This document shows positions 49,763 to 59,440 of a DNA stretch of 64,000 nucleotides, piece by piece (position 1 is the first letter of the stretch; every line of letters starts with the position of its first letter). The notes beneath the pieces were generated by a model that ran no database searches, was not told where the DNA came from, and saw only the letters and a list, made by a program, of their open reading frames with translations. This DNA is from Sedimentisphaerales bacterium. GTDB lineage: Bacteria; Planctomycetota; Phycisphaerae; Sedimentisphaerales; Anaerobacaceae. Made by a program: the position numbers and the translations under genes. The DNA is taken from positions 6,016,001 to 6,080,000 of the forward strand of contig OY970194.1 of assembly GCA_963708075.1 (NCBI GenBank), written 5' to 3'.

Positions 49763-52132
49763 TCACTTCTTGGACGCTGCTGCCTTTTCGGGTTTGAACT
49801 GGGCGAGGATCTCCTTGGCCTGCTCGGGCGACTTCGGCGGCCACTGGCCCTCGGCCTGCATCTGCTTGAGCCGGTCGAGGCCCTTGATGCTGACGATGGT
49901 GCGGCAGCGGGGGAAGCGATTGCAGCCGAGGAACGGCCCGCGCTTGCTCTGGCGGACAACCAGTTCGCCCTGCTTGCAATTGTAGCATTTCACGCCCGTC
50001 GGCTCCGCCGGTGGCTTGGGCGGCAGGACGTTGCCCTGCTTATCCATCTTCTGCGTCGTCTTGCATTGCGGGTAATCGCTGCATCCGAGGAACGTGCCGA
50101 ATCGGCTCCGCTTGACGACCATGGGCTTTCCGCAGGCGGGGCACTTGTGCTCCGTGACCTGAGCCTGCACCATTTTGCCTTCCTTGTCACAGGGACAGGC
50201 GAATTTGCACTCGGGGTACGCGGAGCAGCTCAGGAATTTGCCATTCTTGCCGAACTTGTACAGGAGCTGCCGGCCGCAGTCCGGGCACGTGTACTCGCTG
50301 GGCGTGCTCTCGGCCTTGGCGTGCTTCATCTCCTTCTGGGCTGTCTCCAGGTTCTCCTTGAACGGCCCGTAAAAATCGCTCAGTACGCCCTGCCAGGCCA
50401 GGTGTTGTTCCTCGATCTTGTCGAGTTGCTCCTCCATGTGGCGCGTGAACGCGATGTCCATGATCCGCGGGAAGTACTCGTCGAGCTTGCTGGTGACGAC
50501 CTCGCCAAGGTCTGTGGCATAGAATTTCTTCTCTCGCTGCTCGACGTACCCGCGTTCCTGGATTGTGCTGATGATCGGCGCGTAAGTGCTGGGCCGGCCG
50601 ATGCCCTCCTTTTCGAGGGCCTTGATCAGCGAGGCTTCGGTGTACCGGGCCGGAGGCTTCGTGAAGTGTTGCTCGGGCCAGACGTCCACTGTCGCGAGCT
50701 TCTGTCCCACCTGGTTCGGCGGCAATTGCTGCTCGGCGGATGACGTCAGCCAGACCTTGTTGAACCCATCGAACACGAGCGTTCGGCCGGTCGCGCGGTA
50801 CATGGCCGGGCCGACCTTCGTAGGGGCGGTGATGCTCAGCGTGGTCACGTTCCACTTGGCCGACTCCATCTGGCATGCGACGAATCGGCGCCAGACGAGG
50901 TCGTAGAGCTTGAACTGCTCGTCGCTGAGGTGCTGTCGGATCTCGCTGGGCGTCAGATCGACGTCGGTCGGTCGGATTGCCTCGTGGGCCTGCTGGGCGG
51001 ACTTCTTCGATGCATAGACGTTGGGCTTCTCCGGCAGGTACTTGGGGCCGAACTGGTGCTCGATGTACTTGCGTGCCTCGCCGATCGCTTCGCCGGACAC
51101 GTGCGTGCTGTCCGTTCGCATGTAGGTGATCAGACCCAGCGAGCCCATCGACCCGAGATCGATGCCCTCGTAGAGCTGTTGGGCGACCGCCATCGTCCTC
51201 TTGGCACTGAAGCCAAGGCGGTTGGCCGCTGCCTGCTGCAGCGTGGAGGTGATGAACGGAGCCTGGGGATGGGTTACGGACTCCTTCGTCTCGATATCGG
51301 AGATTTTGAACTCGGCGTGCTCGAGCTCGCGGAAGACCGCTTCCGTCTCCTCCTTGGTGGACGCCTTGAACTTGTTGTCGCCGATCCTGTACAACTCCGC
51401 CTCGAAGGCGTTGTGCTCGGCGAGCCATTTGCCCTTCTCTTCAACCGTCGGGCCCTTGGCGTCGGGCGTCTTCGGCGTTACGAATTGGAGCCACTGGCCT
51501 CGGAAGTTGCTCTGCAGATCGGTCGTGAAGACGGCGGGGATCAGCCAGTACTCCTCGGCCTTGAAATCGTGAATCTCCCGCTCCCTTTGCACGATGATTT
51601 TGACGGCGACGGATTGGACTCGTCCGGCGGACAAGCCCCGCGTTACCTTTTTCCAGAGCAGGGGGCTGATCTCGTAGCCGACGATGCGGTCGAGGACTCT
51701 GCGTGCCTGCTGGGCCATGACCTTGTCCATATCAATCCGGCCCGGCTCCGAAAACGCCTGCTGGATCGCCGATTTCGTGATGGCGTTGAAGATCACCCGA
51801 TAGATGCGGTTCTCTGGAATCCCGAGGATTTGCGCAAGGTGCCAGGCGATGGCCTCGCCCTCGCGGTCAAGGTCTGTCGCCAGGTAGAGCTTGTCGCACT
51901 TCTTCGCCGCCGCTTTCAGTTGCGTGACGACGCGCTTCTTGCCCGGCATGATGTCGTACGTAGGCTCGAAATTGTTCTCGATGTCCACGTTGAGGCCCTT
52001 GGAGGGCAGATCGCGGACGTGCCCCATCGAGGCCTTGACGTCAAAATCCGGGCCCAGGTACCTGTTGATCGTCTTGGCCTTTGCGGGCGACTCGACGATA
52101 ACCAGCGATTTATGCGAATTTGAGCTTGCCAT
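49763..52132 (-). CDS. topA: DNA topoisomerase I (type IA) with C-terminal Zn ribbons
   Basis: IVESPAKAKTI, ATDLDREGE, SAGRVQS, ITYMRTDS, GIGRPSTYA, CxxC ribbons. Confidence 0.97.
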   Translation of the reverse strand: MASSNSHKSLVIVESPAKAKTINRYLGPDFDVKASMGHVRDLPSKGLNVDIENNFEPTYDIMPGKKRVVTQLKAAAKKCDKLYLATDLDREGEAIAWHLAQILGIPENRIYRVIFNAITKSAIQQAFSEPGRIDMDKVMAQQARRVLDRIVGYEISPLLWKKVTRGLSAGRVQSVAVKIIVQREREIHDFKAEEYWLIPAVFTTDLQSNFRGQWLQFVTPKTPDAKGPTVEEKGKWLAEHNAFEAELYRIGDNKFKASTKEETEAVFRELEHAEFKISDIETKESVTHPQAPFITSTLQQAAANRLGFSAKRTMAVAQQLYEGIDLGSMGSLGLITYMRTDSTHVSGEAIGEARKYIEHQFGPKYLPEKPNVYASKKSAQQAHEAIRPTDVDLTPSEIRQHLSDEQFKLYDLVWRRFVACQMESAKWNVTTLSITAPTKVGPAMYRATGRTLVFDGFNKVWLTSSAEQQLPPNQVGQKLATVDVWPEQHFTKPPARYTEASLIKALEKEGIGRPSTYAPIISTIQERGYVEQREKKFYATDLGEVVTSKLDEYFPRIMDIAFTRHMEEQLDKIEEQHLAWQGVLSDFYGPFKENLETAQKEMKHAKAESTPSEYTCPDCGRQLLYKFGKNGKFLSCSAYPECKFACPCDKEGKMVQAQVTEHKCPACGKPMVVKRSRFGTFLGCSDYPQCKTTQKMDKQGNVLPPKPPAEPTGVKCYNCKQGELVVRQSKRGPFLGCNRFPRCRTIVSIKGLDRLKQMQAEGQWPPKSPEQAKEILAQFKPEKAAASKK

Positions 52133-52367
52133 GCGCTATCATTCAATCCAGTGCCATCTGTAAAAGTGTCTGATAACAACCGCACCGCCGGGGGGAGAGT
52201 CCGCTATAAAACGGCCGACGCTGCTTTTCTACCGGCATTACCACGCGCAGGTTCGGCCCCGGCCCGAAGATTCCAACCCCTTATCGGCCGGTTCCCCGTC
52301 GGGATTTAGAAACGGACACATACAGAGCCACCCGGAAGATGTCAACAGAAAAAGAAGATGGGGGGAG

Positions 52368-52461
52368 GGGTGGCAGCGGCAAGCGCCAGCTTGCCGATGG
52401 CTCATGGATGCTGCGGAACGCCATCGGCAAGCTTCGCAGGCTGCGCTTGCCGCTGCCACCC
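52368..52461. repeat. REP-like long palindrome
   Basis: GGGTGGCAGCGGCAAGCG ... CGCTTGCCGCTGCCACCC with inner AGCTTGCCGATGGC/GCCATCGGCAAGCT. Confidence 0.8.
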
Positions 52462-52835
52462 ATGATTTGCATGGAATCTTGTGATGTCGCCGCCTCGGGT
52501 TGCCGAACAACATCCATAGGGCAACGTACTAATAGCGGTGCCTACAAGGGCTGAGGTTAAAAGTCCTCCTGTCTCAGCCCATTTTTTTTCGCCCCTTCCA
52601 AAACACCCTATGACTTGCAGGGGATTGCGCGAGGACACAGAGCCATTGACATCATCCGCAAGAGATTCTCCCAGAATTTTGTTTGTCCCGGTGAACTTCT
52701 TGTGGTATCCTCAGTAAATCGGAATGACTACTATTGAGATGCCAAGCATTACACAGGGCTGGGGTTATCTCGCTTTTCCTCTCCCTCCGCTCCTCAGCCC
52801 TGTTTTTTTTCCTTCGTCCCACAAGGGCGCTTTAT

Positions 52836-52863
52836 GTCATTGCGAGCGCAGCGAAGCAATTTC
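52836..52863. repeat. GTCATTGCGAG-type short palindromic element
   Basis: GTCATTGCGAGCGCAGCGAAGCAATTTC. Confidence 0.55.
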
Positions 52864-52898
52864 AGACGCATAGGACAAATAGGACCTATGTGGCGGGC

Positions 52899-53645
52899 TT
52901 ACTCTTCGTTATTGAGGAATTTGAGGAGTTCTTCGGGGATGTAGTCGTTGGCGAAGGCGAGGATGTCATTGATCTGGGCCTTGGTCAGGTCGGCGGGCAT
53001 CTGCTGGTTGTTGATATCGACGTTGACGATTACTCCATACTTGGTGTCATCCGGGGCGACAGGGGCTTCCTCCCGCCCGGAGCGCTGCAGGAAGGTTGGA
53101 CGCAGCTCGATGTTGACGTTTTTGCCATCGTTCGGTGCTTCGATCAGGATACGGATATTCGCCGCCTTCTGTCGCCAAAGATCGTACTTGAGCCCGCTGG
53201 CGATGACGTCGAGCGAATTGACGAACCCCGTGTCGAAGACGAACTCGTGGATGACACCGATCCGCGGCACGGTCCGCTCCGGGAATCTGGTCCGCAACTC
53301 ATCGTAGGCCTTGCGGAAGATCTTGTCCTTGTCGGAGATGTCCAGCTCATGCGGCCGGTCGATGTAAAGCCGCTCCGGGAACGTGAACACCGGGCCCCGG
53401 CCGGTCAGGATGAACGTGGGCAGCTCCACCCGCTTGGCGTTCGGCAGCAGGAACGTCCGCTGGATGCGCAGCTCCCGCGGGCCCGACAGCATCGTCTCAA
53501 AAGCGTCGGGGAACTGCTCGACCAGCCAGTTGGCGTAGTCCTGCAGCTTTGTGCGGTCCTGATCCGGCTGGATCGGCGGACGCACGTCCACCCCGTACTT
53601 CACGATATGCTGCGATATCTTCTCTTTGTCAAACTGATAGTTCAT
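52899..53645 (-). CDS. Hypothetical protein (weak TIGR04255-like pattern)
   Basis: 248-aa ORF with host-like codons; VPRIGVIHEF and IVNVDINN segments; RBS GAGGG. Confidence 0.7.
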   Translation of the reverse strand: MNYQFDKEKISQHIVKYGVDVRPPIQPDQDRTKLQDYANWLVEQFPDAFETMLSGPRELRIQRTFLLPNAKRVELPTFILTGRGPVFTFPERLYIDRPHELDISDKDKIFRKAYDELRTRFPERTVPRIGVIHEFVFDTGFVNSLDVIASGLKYDLWRQKAANIRILIEAPNDGKNVNIELRPTFLQRSGREEAPVAPDDTKYGVIVNVDINNQQMPADLTKAQINDILAFANDYIPEELLKFLNNEE

Positions 53646-53796
53646 TCTTTCCCTCGGCCGAACACACGAACCGGCTGAAGTCTACCCGGCCGGCCCCCGG
53701 AAGTCAAAGAAAAGCCTCGTGTCCAGTCTCGCTCGGGTGCGGTCGGCATTCGGTGGCGGATTTGGATTCCAGCCGACACAAGAGCGCAGCCCAGTC

Positions 53797-54012
53797 TTCT
53801 TTCGCCCCTACGGGGCTTTGAGATAGGATTGACTATCGGTACCCACCGTTGAAACGGTGGGCTAGTGTCGATCGCCCCCGTGGGGCGGACGGGCCGACGC
53901 AAGAGGACTGGAGCGAAGTCCAAGCCCGCAGGGCGATAGAGAATAGCCCAGCGATTGATCGCTGGGGAACCGGGGCCGAGGACAAAAGCCAGTCCCATAA
54001 GGGACGAAAGAG
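53797..54012. repeat. Composite REP doublet (inverted triple-hairpin units)
   Basis: GCCCCTACGGGGC, CCCACCGTTGAAACGGTGGG, GCCCCCGTGGGGC / GCCCGCAGGGC, CCCAGCGATTGATCGCTGGG, GTCCCATAAGGGAC. Confidence 0.75.
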
Positions 54013-54071
54013 GCGCAGTCCGCACACGGCGGCTACACGCCGCCACCAAATTCCGACCACACCCGTTTCGC

Positions 54072-55631
54072 TCAATACCGTCGGGTACTGGTCTTCGTAT
54101 TCTGGGTGGCGTTGACGAAGAAGTAGCGCAGGGCGTCGATGGGATGATCGTAGATGCCGTCTTTGAAGGGCAGCTCGCCGGTGGCCGCCCCGGTGGCATC
54201 CGGGTAATGGTAGCATTGCAGCGCCTCGATCAAGCGGGGGCAGCGGGGAGAGATGACCAGTGTGCTCTTGCCTTCGCCGCAGCGGATGGCCCGGCGGATC
54301 AGCTCGATACCCTCAAGGATGCTGCTTCGGCGGTAACGCGTGGCGATCCCGAGGGTGCGCAGCTCGCGCACGGCACTCGTGCCGGTGACATCATTGGAGC
54401 CGGCGCCGGCGGGGTCGCAGAACGTGGCCGTGACCTGCTCCTCGGGGCAGGGCGTGCGGGCCTTGATCTGCTCGGTGTGGGCGTCGATTGTCGCCCGGCT
54501 GCGGACGTACTCGTCAATCACTCGCACGACGCCGTCGTGGTCCACCTGAATCCACAGGCACACGAAGGGGTTGATGAAGCCGAAGTCAAGCGTGCGATAG
54601 AGCGGCAGGTTCGGATCGTAATCGACCGGCCGGACGTGAATGGCCGGATCGAATTCGCTGAAGACCACGTTGTCCAGCGAGGGCTTGATGCAGAGCATCT
54701 CGGATTCCCAGCCGGCCCGGCTGCTGCGACGCATCTGCGTGATGCAATCGTCGATCTTCAGGTAGCCGCAGGCTGATCTCGCCCGGCCCTGGCAATCGCC
54801 CGACAGGGGACACTGCGAGCAGTTGCGGCCGATGCATTTCTCGATGGTCTCCCACAGGCACCACTTGAATACAGGCACGCCGCTGCTGGTGGCCGCCGAG
54901 ACTTCTCTCTGCATGATCCCGTACGGCCGGTGCATTGTGCTGATCAGCTCCATGGCTGCCGTGATGCGGTCCGTGCTCTGCGTGGTGAACTTGGCCGCGG
55001 CGAAAACATTGTCGTCGAACAGCTCGACCTCATCGCACCTCAGCTTCTGCACATGCTGGCCGCGCACGCTCGTCGCCGACTGCGTCAGAACCTCGACCCC
55101 CGAGCCATTGCCGAAGCGGCATTTGCCTTTGCGCACCGGCCCGGCCAGAGACTCCTCGAATCCGCTGCGGAGAAACCTCGTTAGATATTCATACATTCGT
55201 CCCGATTGCTCGCCGGAGCCGCCGAGGATGCGAATCTGGCAATCCGGCTTGAAGACCGCGTCCAGCAGCGTTGCCACCGCCGCCAGTTCCGTCTTGCCCC
55301 CGGCACGATTCGCCCAGACAATGGAATCGCCGGATTGATGATTGTTGATGGATGATGGATGATTGGAGGCGGAGGGCGGACAGTCTGAATCATCCTTCAT
55401 CAATAGTCCATCATCCATCGAAAAGCTGTGCCAGAGGTAATCCATCGGGCTGCTGTGTCCCGGGCAGATGCGCACGTCCGGCACATCGACGCCGAGAAAC
55501 ACCTTCACATAGTTCCTGAGGTCCTCCCGCGTCCCCGGCCGCATCCGCCGAAGCGCCGCGATCACGTCCGGCCTGTTTGCCACGTCACGATCAAGAGCTT
55601 GTTCCACCTGCAATGATGTCGTTTCTTTCAT
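54072..55631 (-). CDS. Phage terminase large subunit-like protein (ATPase plus RNase H-like nuclease)
   Basis: Walker A ANRAGGKT, SVRG, Walker B LRCDE, ISTM, TLDFGF, FCDPAG, DHPIDALRY; RBS GGAGG. Confidence 0.82.
   Translation of the reverse strand: MKETTSLQVEQALDRDVANRPDVIAALRRMRPGTREDLRNYVKVFLGVDVPDVRICPGHSSPMDYLWHSFSMDDGLLMKDDSDCPPSASNHPSSINNHQSGDSIVWANRAGGKTELAAVATLLDAVFKPDCQIRILGGSGEQSGRMYEYLTRFLRSGFEESLAGPVRKGKCRFGNGSGVEVLTQSATSVRGQHVQKLRCDEVELFDDNVFAAAKFTTQSTDRITAAMELISTMHRPYGIMQREVSAATSSGVPVFKWCLWETIEKCIGRNCSQCPLSGDCQGRARSACGYLKIDDCITQMRRSSRAGWESEMLCIKPSLDNVVFSEFDPAIHVRPVDYDPNLPLYRTLDFGFINPFVCLWIQVDHDGVVRVIDEYVRSRATIDAHTEQIKARTPCPEEQVTATFCDPAGAGSNDVTGTSAVRELRTLGIATRYRRSSILEGIELIRRAIRCGEGKSTLVISPRCPRLIEALQCYHYPDATGAATGELPFKDGIYDHPIDALRYFFVNATQNTKTSTRRY
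55333..55419. repeat. Period-7 inverted repeat inside the terminase CDS
   Basis: GATTGAT GATTGTT GATGGAT GATGGAT GATT ... AATC ATCCTTC ATCAATA GTCCATC ATCCATC. Confidence 0.75.
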
Positions 55632-55711
55632 AGAGATGTCCTCCAAATCTGGTATCATGGTTCTTGGTCATTGTGATTGTCGAAAGACAGGGAATCAGGA
55701 AGGGCACACGC

Positions 55712-55975
55712 GTGACCGCTGACTACATGGATTTTCTCTCGTTGATGGTCCAAGTGTGGGGCGTGATCGCGGTGGTGGCGTTCACCTTCTTGTGCCGGCG
55801 CAAGAGATGGGCTCCTGCACTCGGGATCATCATCGGCTTCTTCGTTGATATTCTGGCACTGGGCGTCCTTACGGGTGGAGGCCCGGAGATGTGCTTTGGG
55901 TTTGTTCTATTTCCTCTTTGTGGCTGGCTCATTTCGCGAGCGACACTAGCAATCGCTGGCCCTCGCCGACAATAG
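55712..55975 (+). CDS. Small membrane protein (3 TM)
   Basis: Hydrophobic ~87-aa ORF; start GTG 55712 or ATG 55727. Confidence 0.5.
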   Translation: MTADYMDFLSLMVQVWGVIAVVAFTFLCRRKRWAPALGIIIGFFVDILALGVLTGGGPEMCFGFVLFPLCGWLISRATLAIAGPRRQ

Positions 55976-55994
55976 GGTATAACCACCTGCGTGC

Positions 55995-58900
55995 CTATCG
56001 GCCGGACTGGTGAACGCGGAAGTGGCTGGCGGTGGCGGGCTGTAAGTCGATGGAGATGCCCTCATGGAGTTGTCCACCGGTGTACATTTTCGGTGATTGA
56101 GACGTGGCCTCGTAAACCGGGTAATCCGTGTCGGCTTCTACGCTCCACCATTCGGGGAACTGGTTGATGCGCGGCCAGTCAACAGGCATGTGCAGGATTG
56201 TCTTGTGGCGGGGGACGTCGAAGATGAGTCTGCCCTGCCAGGGCTTGTCGGCCTTGAGGGCGATCCGGAGCACGTCGGCGGAGAGGTCCGCCCCGAATAT
56301 CACGTCCTTGCGCCAGGGTTGGATAGTGACGCCCTGGGTTTTCCAGAGGCAATACATGATCGTGGTTCGGGCGAAGTTGCCGTCGCCGTGCCAGCCCTCG
56401 ATGACGCCGTTGGCTTGCTGGATCTTCCACATCACCTGGATCTCGCTGTCGAGCCAGTCGGCCACGCCGGGCACGTCCTCGCGGTTCAGCAGGTTCAGAG
56501 CGCTCTCGATGGAATCGGCATATCCATCGGAGCTGGCGCCCTCCCACGGGTACGAGCGGTAATGCTCGCTAAGATTGGACATCGCCTTTCGTGTGGCTTG
56601 GCGATAGGCCTCTGTGCCGTCAATCAGAAAGACGGTGTAGAAGCCGTTGAAATCATAGCCCCAGGTGTCGGCGAGCCCCGTGTCGTGTTCGCCGGTCTGC
56701 GGGTTGACCCAGTTATAGAACAGGCCATGGTCATTACGTCCGACCTCCAGAATGCGGTCGAGCATCTCGTGCATCAGTTCTTCGTAAGCCTTCTTCTTGT
56801 CGGGCCGGGCAACGTGGACCGCCGCATACAACTCGCACAGGCCCGAGACGATCTCACAGCCGTGATCTCGCAGCCGCAACCGAGTCTCGTTGCGGGTCGG
56901 ATGGTGGTCGCCGAGCAGGTAGTAGTCGCCGAGGCGGATGGCCCAGTCCAGGTACTTCCTGTCGCCGGTCAGCCAATAGACGCGGCAGAGCGCCTGCAGA
57001 TTGTCGCCGTTGACTTCCTGGTTGGTCGAGACGATCTTGCCATAGGGTGTATCGACGAGCGCGTGTTTCCAGAGGTCGTCGAGCATCTGGATCATTCGCT
57101 GCGACCACGGGCTGGGGCCGAGCCATTCCGTCAGCGGCACGAGGCCGTCCTTGATGTACTCCGACGTGCCGAAGATGATCCGGCCCAGGTCCGGCTCGGC
57201 ATCGGCAAAGCCGCCTTTCGAGAAAGAGTACGTATCCGCCATTGAGTCGATGCGACTGGTGAGCTTCGTCTCCGCGCGGAGCATATCGAGCATGCGGCCG
57301 TCGAACATCGGCCGGTCCGTCAATGCCGCGGTCAGCACCATGAACGGGTAGTTGTCGGCGGCGCTGTCCTGCGCATTCCAGATGTCCTTGCTCTGAGTCA
57401 GGTTCCGCGGGATCAGGCCTGTCTTCGGGTCGGCGTGTTTGAGCCAGCCCTCGACAAATCGGTGACAACGGAGGAAACCCTCGTTCGCGAGCTTGCCGTT
57501 CTCCAGAGCCTTGCTGAAATCGTCGTTACGAGCTATCTTTCCGACGCCGATTGTCGCCAATTCCTTCAACTCCGCCAAGTGGCTCTCATAAACGCCGCGA
57601 GGGGTGGCGTTATGCTGTTTGCACAGGGAGGCGGCCATGCCGACGACCTCGCCCATCATGCCGCAGGTCCGCATCACGCGGACGGTGCCGAGGGCCACGT
57701 GCGTCACGCTGATGTCACGTCCGGCCATGAAGAGATTCTCGACGTTCCGCGAGTAGAAGCAGCGGTAGGGGATCGGATAGGGCCGGATCGCAGGTGTCTT
57801 GCAGATCGTCTTGAATTCCTGGCCGGGGAAGTACTTCGAGTTCGCCGGGTCCGGGTAGTGCAGGTCGATGGACCACGTGGTCGTGACGAATGCATCTGGA
57901 TATTCCCACTGCTTCTGGACGTCCTGCTGTGTCAGGATGATATCGCCGAGCAGCCGGCGGGACTCTCGCTTGCCCGCGACGTGGGCGACCCAGGACAGCT
58001 TGCGATTGGCGTATTTGGCTTTGTCCTTGCTGCAGTTCTTCAGGAACGCCCAGTTGCCGTAGATCGCGCGAAGCGAATGATCGCGGATCGACTCGATCTC
58101 TGTGATCTGGTCATTGTTGAGCCCGGCTTCCCAGTTCCAGTCGCCATGCGTGGTGCGCTCGCAGCTTTCCTCCGTGAATTGCAGCGCCCAGGGACATTCG
58201 AGGAAGGGGGCGGGCTCGTTCGTCTCGACGGCGTACCATTGGACTGAAGCGCCCATGGTCATTTTGTCGGGTGTTTCAGGAGCCATGGACTCGCCCGTCT
58301 GATCCCGGTTTTCCCGACCCATGCGATAGTCCGCGCCGGCCAGAAAGCCGATCGTGCCGTCGCCCGTGCAATCAGCGAACAGTGGCGCCGGGAAGCAAAG
58401 GTCCTTCGAGGTCTTGAGGTCCCTGGCGATCACGGCGGTGATACGATTGCCCTTCCTGTCCACCCGGTACGCGTGGGTATTGAGGAACAGGCGGACGTTG
58501 GGCTCCTCCTGCACAATACGGAGTTTCTTATCGTCGTTATAGAACGCGACCGGCCGGGCATTGCCCTGATTGCCGGGGTCGAGTTCCTTGACGACGTCGC
58601 CCAGGCGAGGATAGGGCGGCAGATTGATTCCGCCGTTCAGATGCACGCGGACATCCGAGCTGTTGTTGCCGCCGAGGACGGGCCGGTCCTGGATCAACGC
58701 CACCCTCAGCCCCAGGCGTGCGGCCGAGATCGCCGTGCAGGTCCCTGCCATGCCGCCGCCGACAACGACGAGGTCGAACTTCCCCGCATATTCCGGCCCT
58801 TCCGGCAGGCCCAGTGCCTTGTGCCGGAAGGTGGCCATCTCCTGTCCCTCGTTCGGCGGCACGAAATCCGCGTCACTCGCAAACAGGACAGCATCGCAGC

Positions 58901-59351
58901 GGCCCTCGAACCCGGTCAGATCGTGCAAAGCGATTTTCACCTTGTCGGTCTTGATCTCCACCATGCCGCCGTCCTGCCAGTGCCACGCAGCGCCTTCGAC
59001 GCCGAACGCGGCTTGCAGCGGCGTGCCGTCAATGAGCAGTTGGAATCTGCCCGGCGCGCCGGGGGCGTTCCATGTCGCGACCCAGTCGCGCGTGCGGACC
59101 CAGACACGGTACTTGCCGGTCTCCGGGAACGTGACGGCCGTGACGGCATCCTCGACCGGCACGCCAAAGCCGTGTGCCAGAAAGTACGCCGAGCCCATCT
59201 GGTCCATGGATTGCTGATTCACGACCCAGCCGCCAGCATCGTCAAAGGCCTCCGCCTCGATCAGGACGTGTTGACCCGCAACAGCTCCGGCACAACAGGC
59301 AAGGACCCAACACACAGCCGCAAGGGCATACGTTCGCTGGCGTACCATCAT
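55995..59351 (-). CDS. Secreted FAD-dependent oxidoreductase fused to a C-terminal (alpha/alpha)-barrel glycosidase-like domain
   Basis: Signal peptide, IEAE domain, VVGGGMAG, LGGNNSS, DCTGDG, RESRR, RVMRT; second half WNAQDSAADNYPF, RLRDHGCE, EGWHGDGNF. Confidence 0.8.
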   Translation of the reverse strand: MMVRQRTYALAAVCWVLACCAGAVAGQHVLIEAEAFDDAGGWVVNQQSMDQMGSAYFLAHGFGVPVEDAVTAVTFPETGKYRVWVRTRDWVATWNAPGAPGRFQLLIDGTPLQAAFGVEGAAWHWQDGGMVEIKTDKVKIALHDLTGFEGRCDAVLFASDADFVPPNEGQEMATFRHKALGLPEGPEYAGKFDLVVVGGGMAGTCTAISAARLGLRVALIQDRPVLGGNNSSDVRVHLNGGINLPPYPRLGDVVKELDPGNQGNARPVAFYNDDKKLRIVQEEPNVRLFLNTHAYRVDRKGNRITAVIARDLKTSKDLCFPAPLFADCTGDGTIGFLAGADYRMGRENRDQTGESMAPETPDKMTMGASVQWYAVETNEPAPFLECPWALQFTEESCERTTHGDWNWEAGLNNDQITEIESIRDHSLRAIYGNWAFLKNCSKDKAKYANRKLSWVAHVAGKRESRRLLGDIILTQQDVQKQWEYPDAFVTTTWSIDLHYPDPANSKYFPGQEFKTICKTPAIRPYPIPYRCFYSRNVENLFMAGRDISVTHVALGTVRVMRTCGMMGEVVGMAASLCKQHNATPRGVYESHLAELKELATIGVGKIARNDDFSKALENGKLANEGFLRCHRFVEGWLKHADPKTGLIPRNLTQSKDIWNAQDSAADNYPFMVLTAALTDRPMFDGRMLDMLRAETKLTSRIDSMADTYSFSKGGFADAEPDLGRIIFGTSEYIKDGLVPLTEWLGPSPWSQRMIQMLDDLWKHALVDTPYGKIVSTNQEVNGDNLQALCRVYWLTGDRKYLDWAIRLGDYYLLGDHHPTRNETRLRLRDHGCEIVSGLCELYAAVHVARPDKKKAYEELMHEMLDRILEVGRNDHGLFYNWVNPQTGEHDTGLADTWGYDFNGFYTVFLIDGTEAYRQATRKAMSNLSEHYRSYPWEGASSDGYADSIESALNLLNREDVPGVADWLDSEIQVMWKIQQANGVIEGWHGDGNFARTTIMYCLWKTQGVTIQPWRKDVIFGADLSADVLRIALKADKPWQGRLIFDVPRHKTILHMPVDWPRINQFPEWWSVEADTDYPVYEATSQSPKMYTGGQLHEGISIDLQPATASHFRVHQSGR

Positions 59352-59384
59352 CGGCGCCTCCCCAGTGGGAATCGATTGTCACAT

Positions 59385-59440
59385 GCAGGCAACCCCTGTG
59401 GTTGCCTCTTCGTCAGGGCAGGCACGGGGCTTGCCCCTAC
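59385..59440. repeat. GTAG REP doublet overlapping the rpiB stop
   Basis: Minus strand GTAGGGGCAAGCCCCGTGCCTGCCC...AGGCAACCACAGGGGTTGCCT. Confidence 0.65.

Noticed and set aside
52899..55975. Prophage around the terminase
   Set aside because: No portal, capsid, tail, lysis, integrase or att features; neighbours are host-type genes
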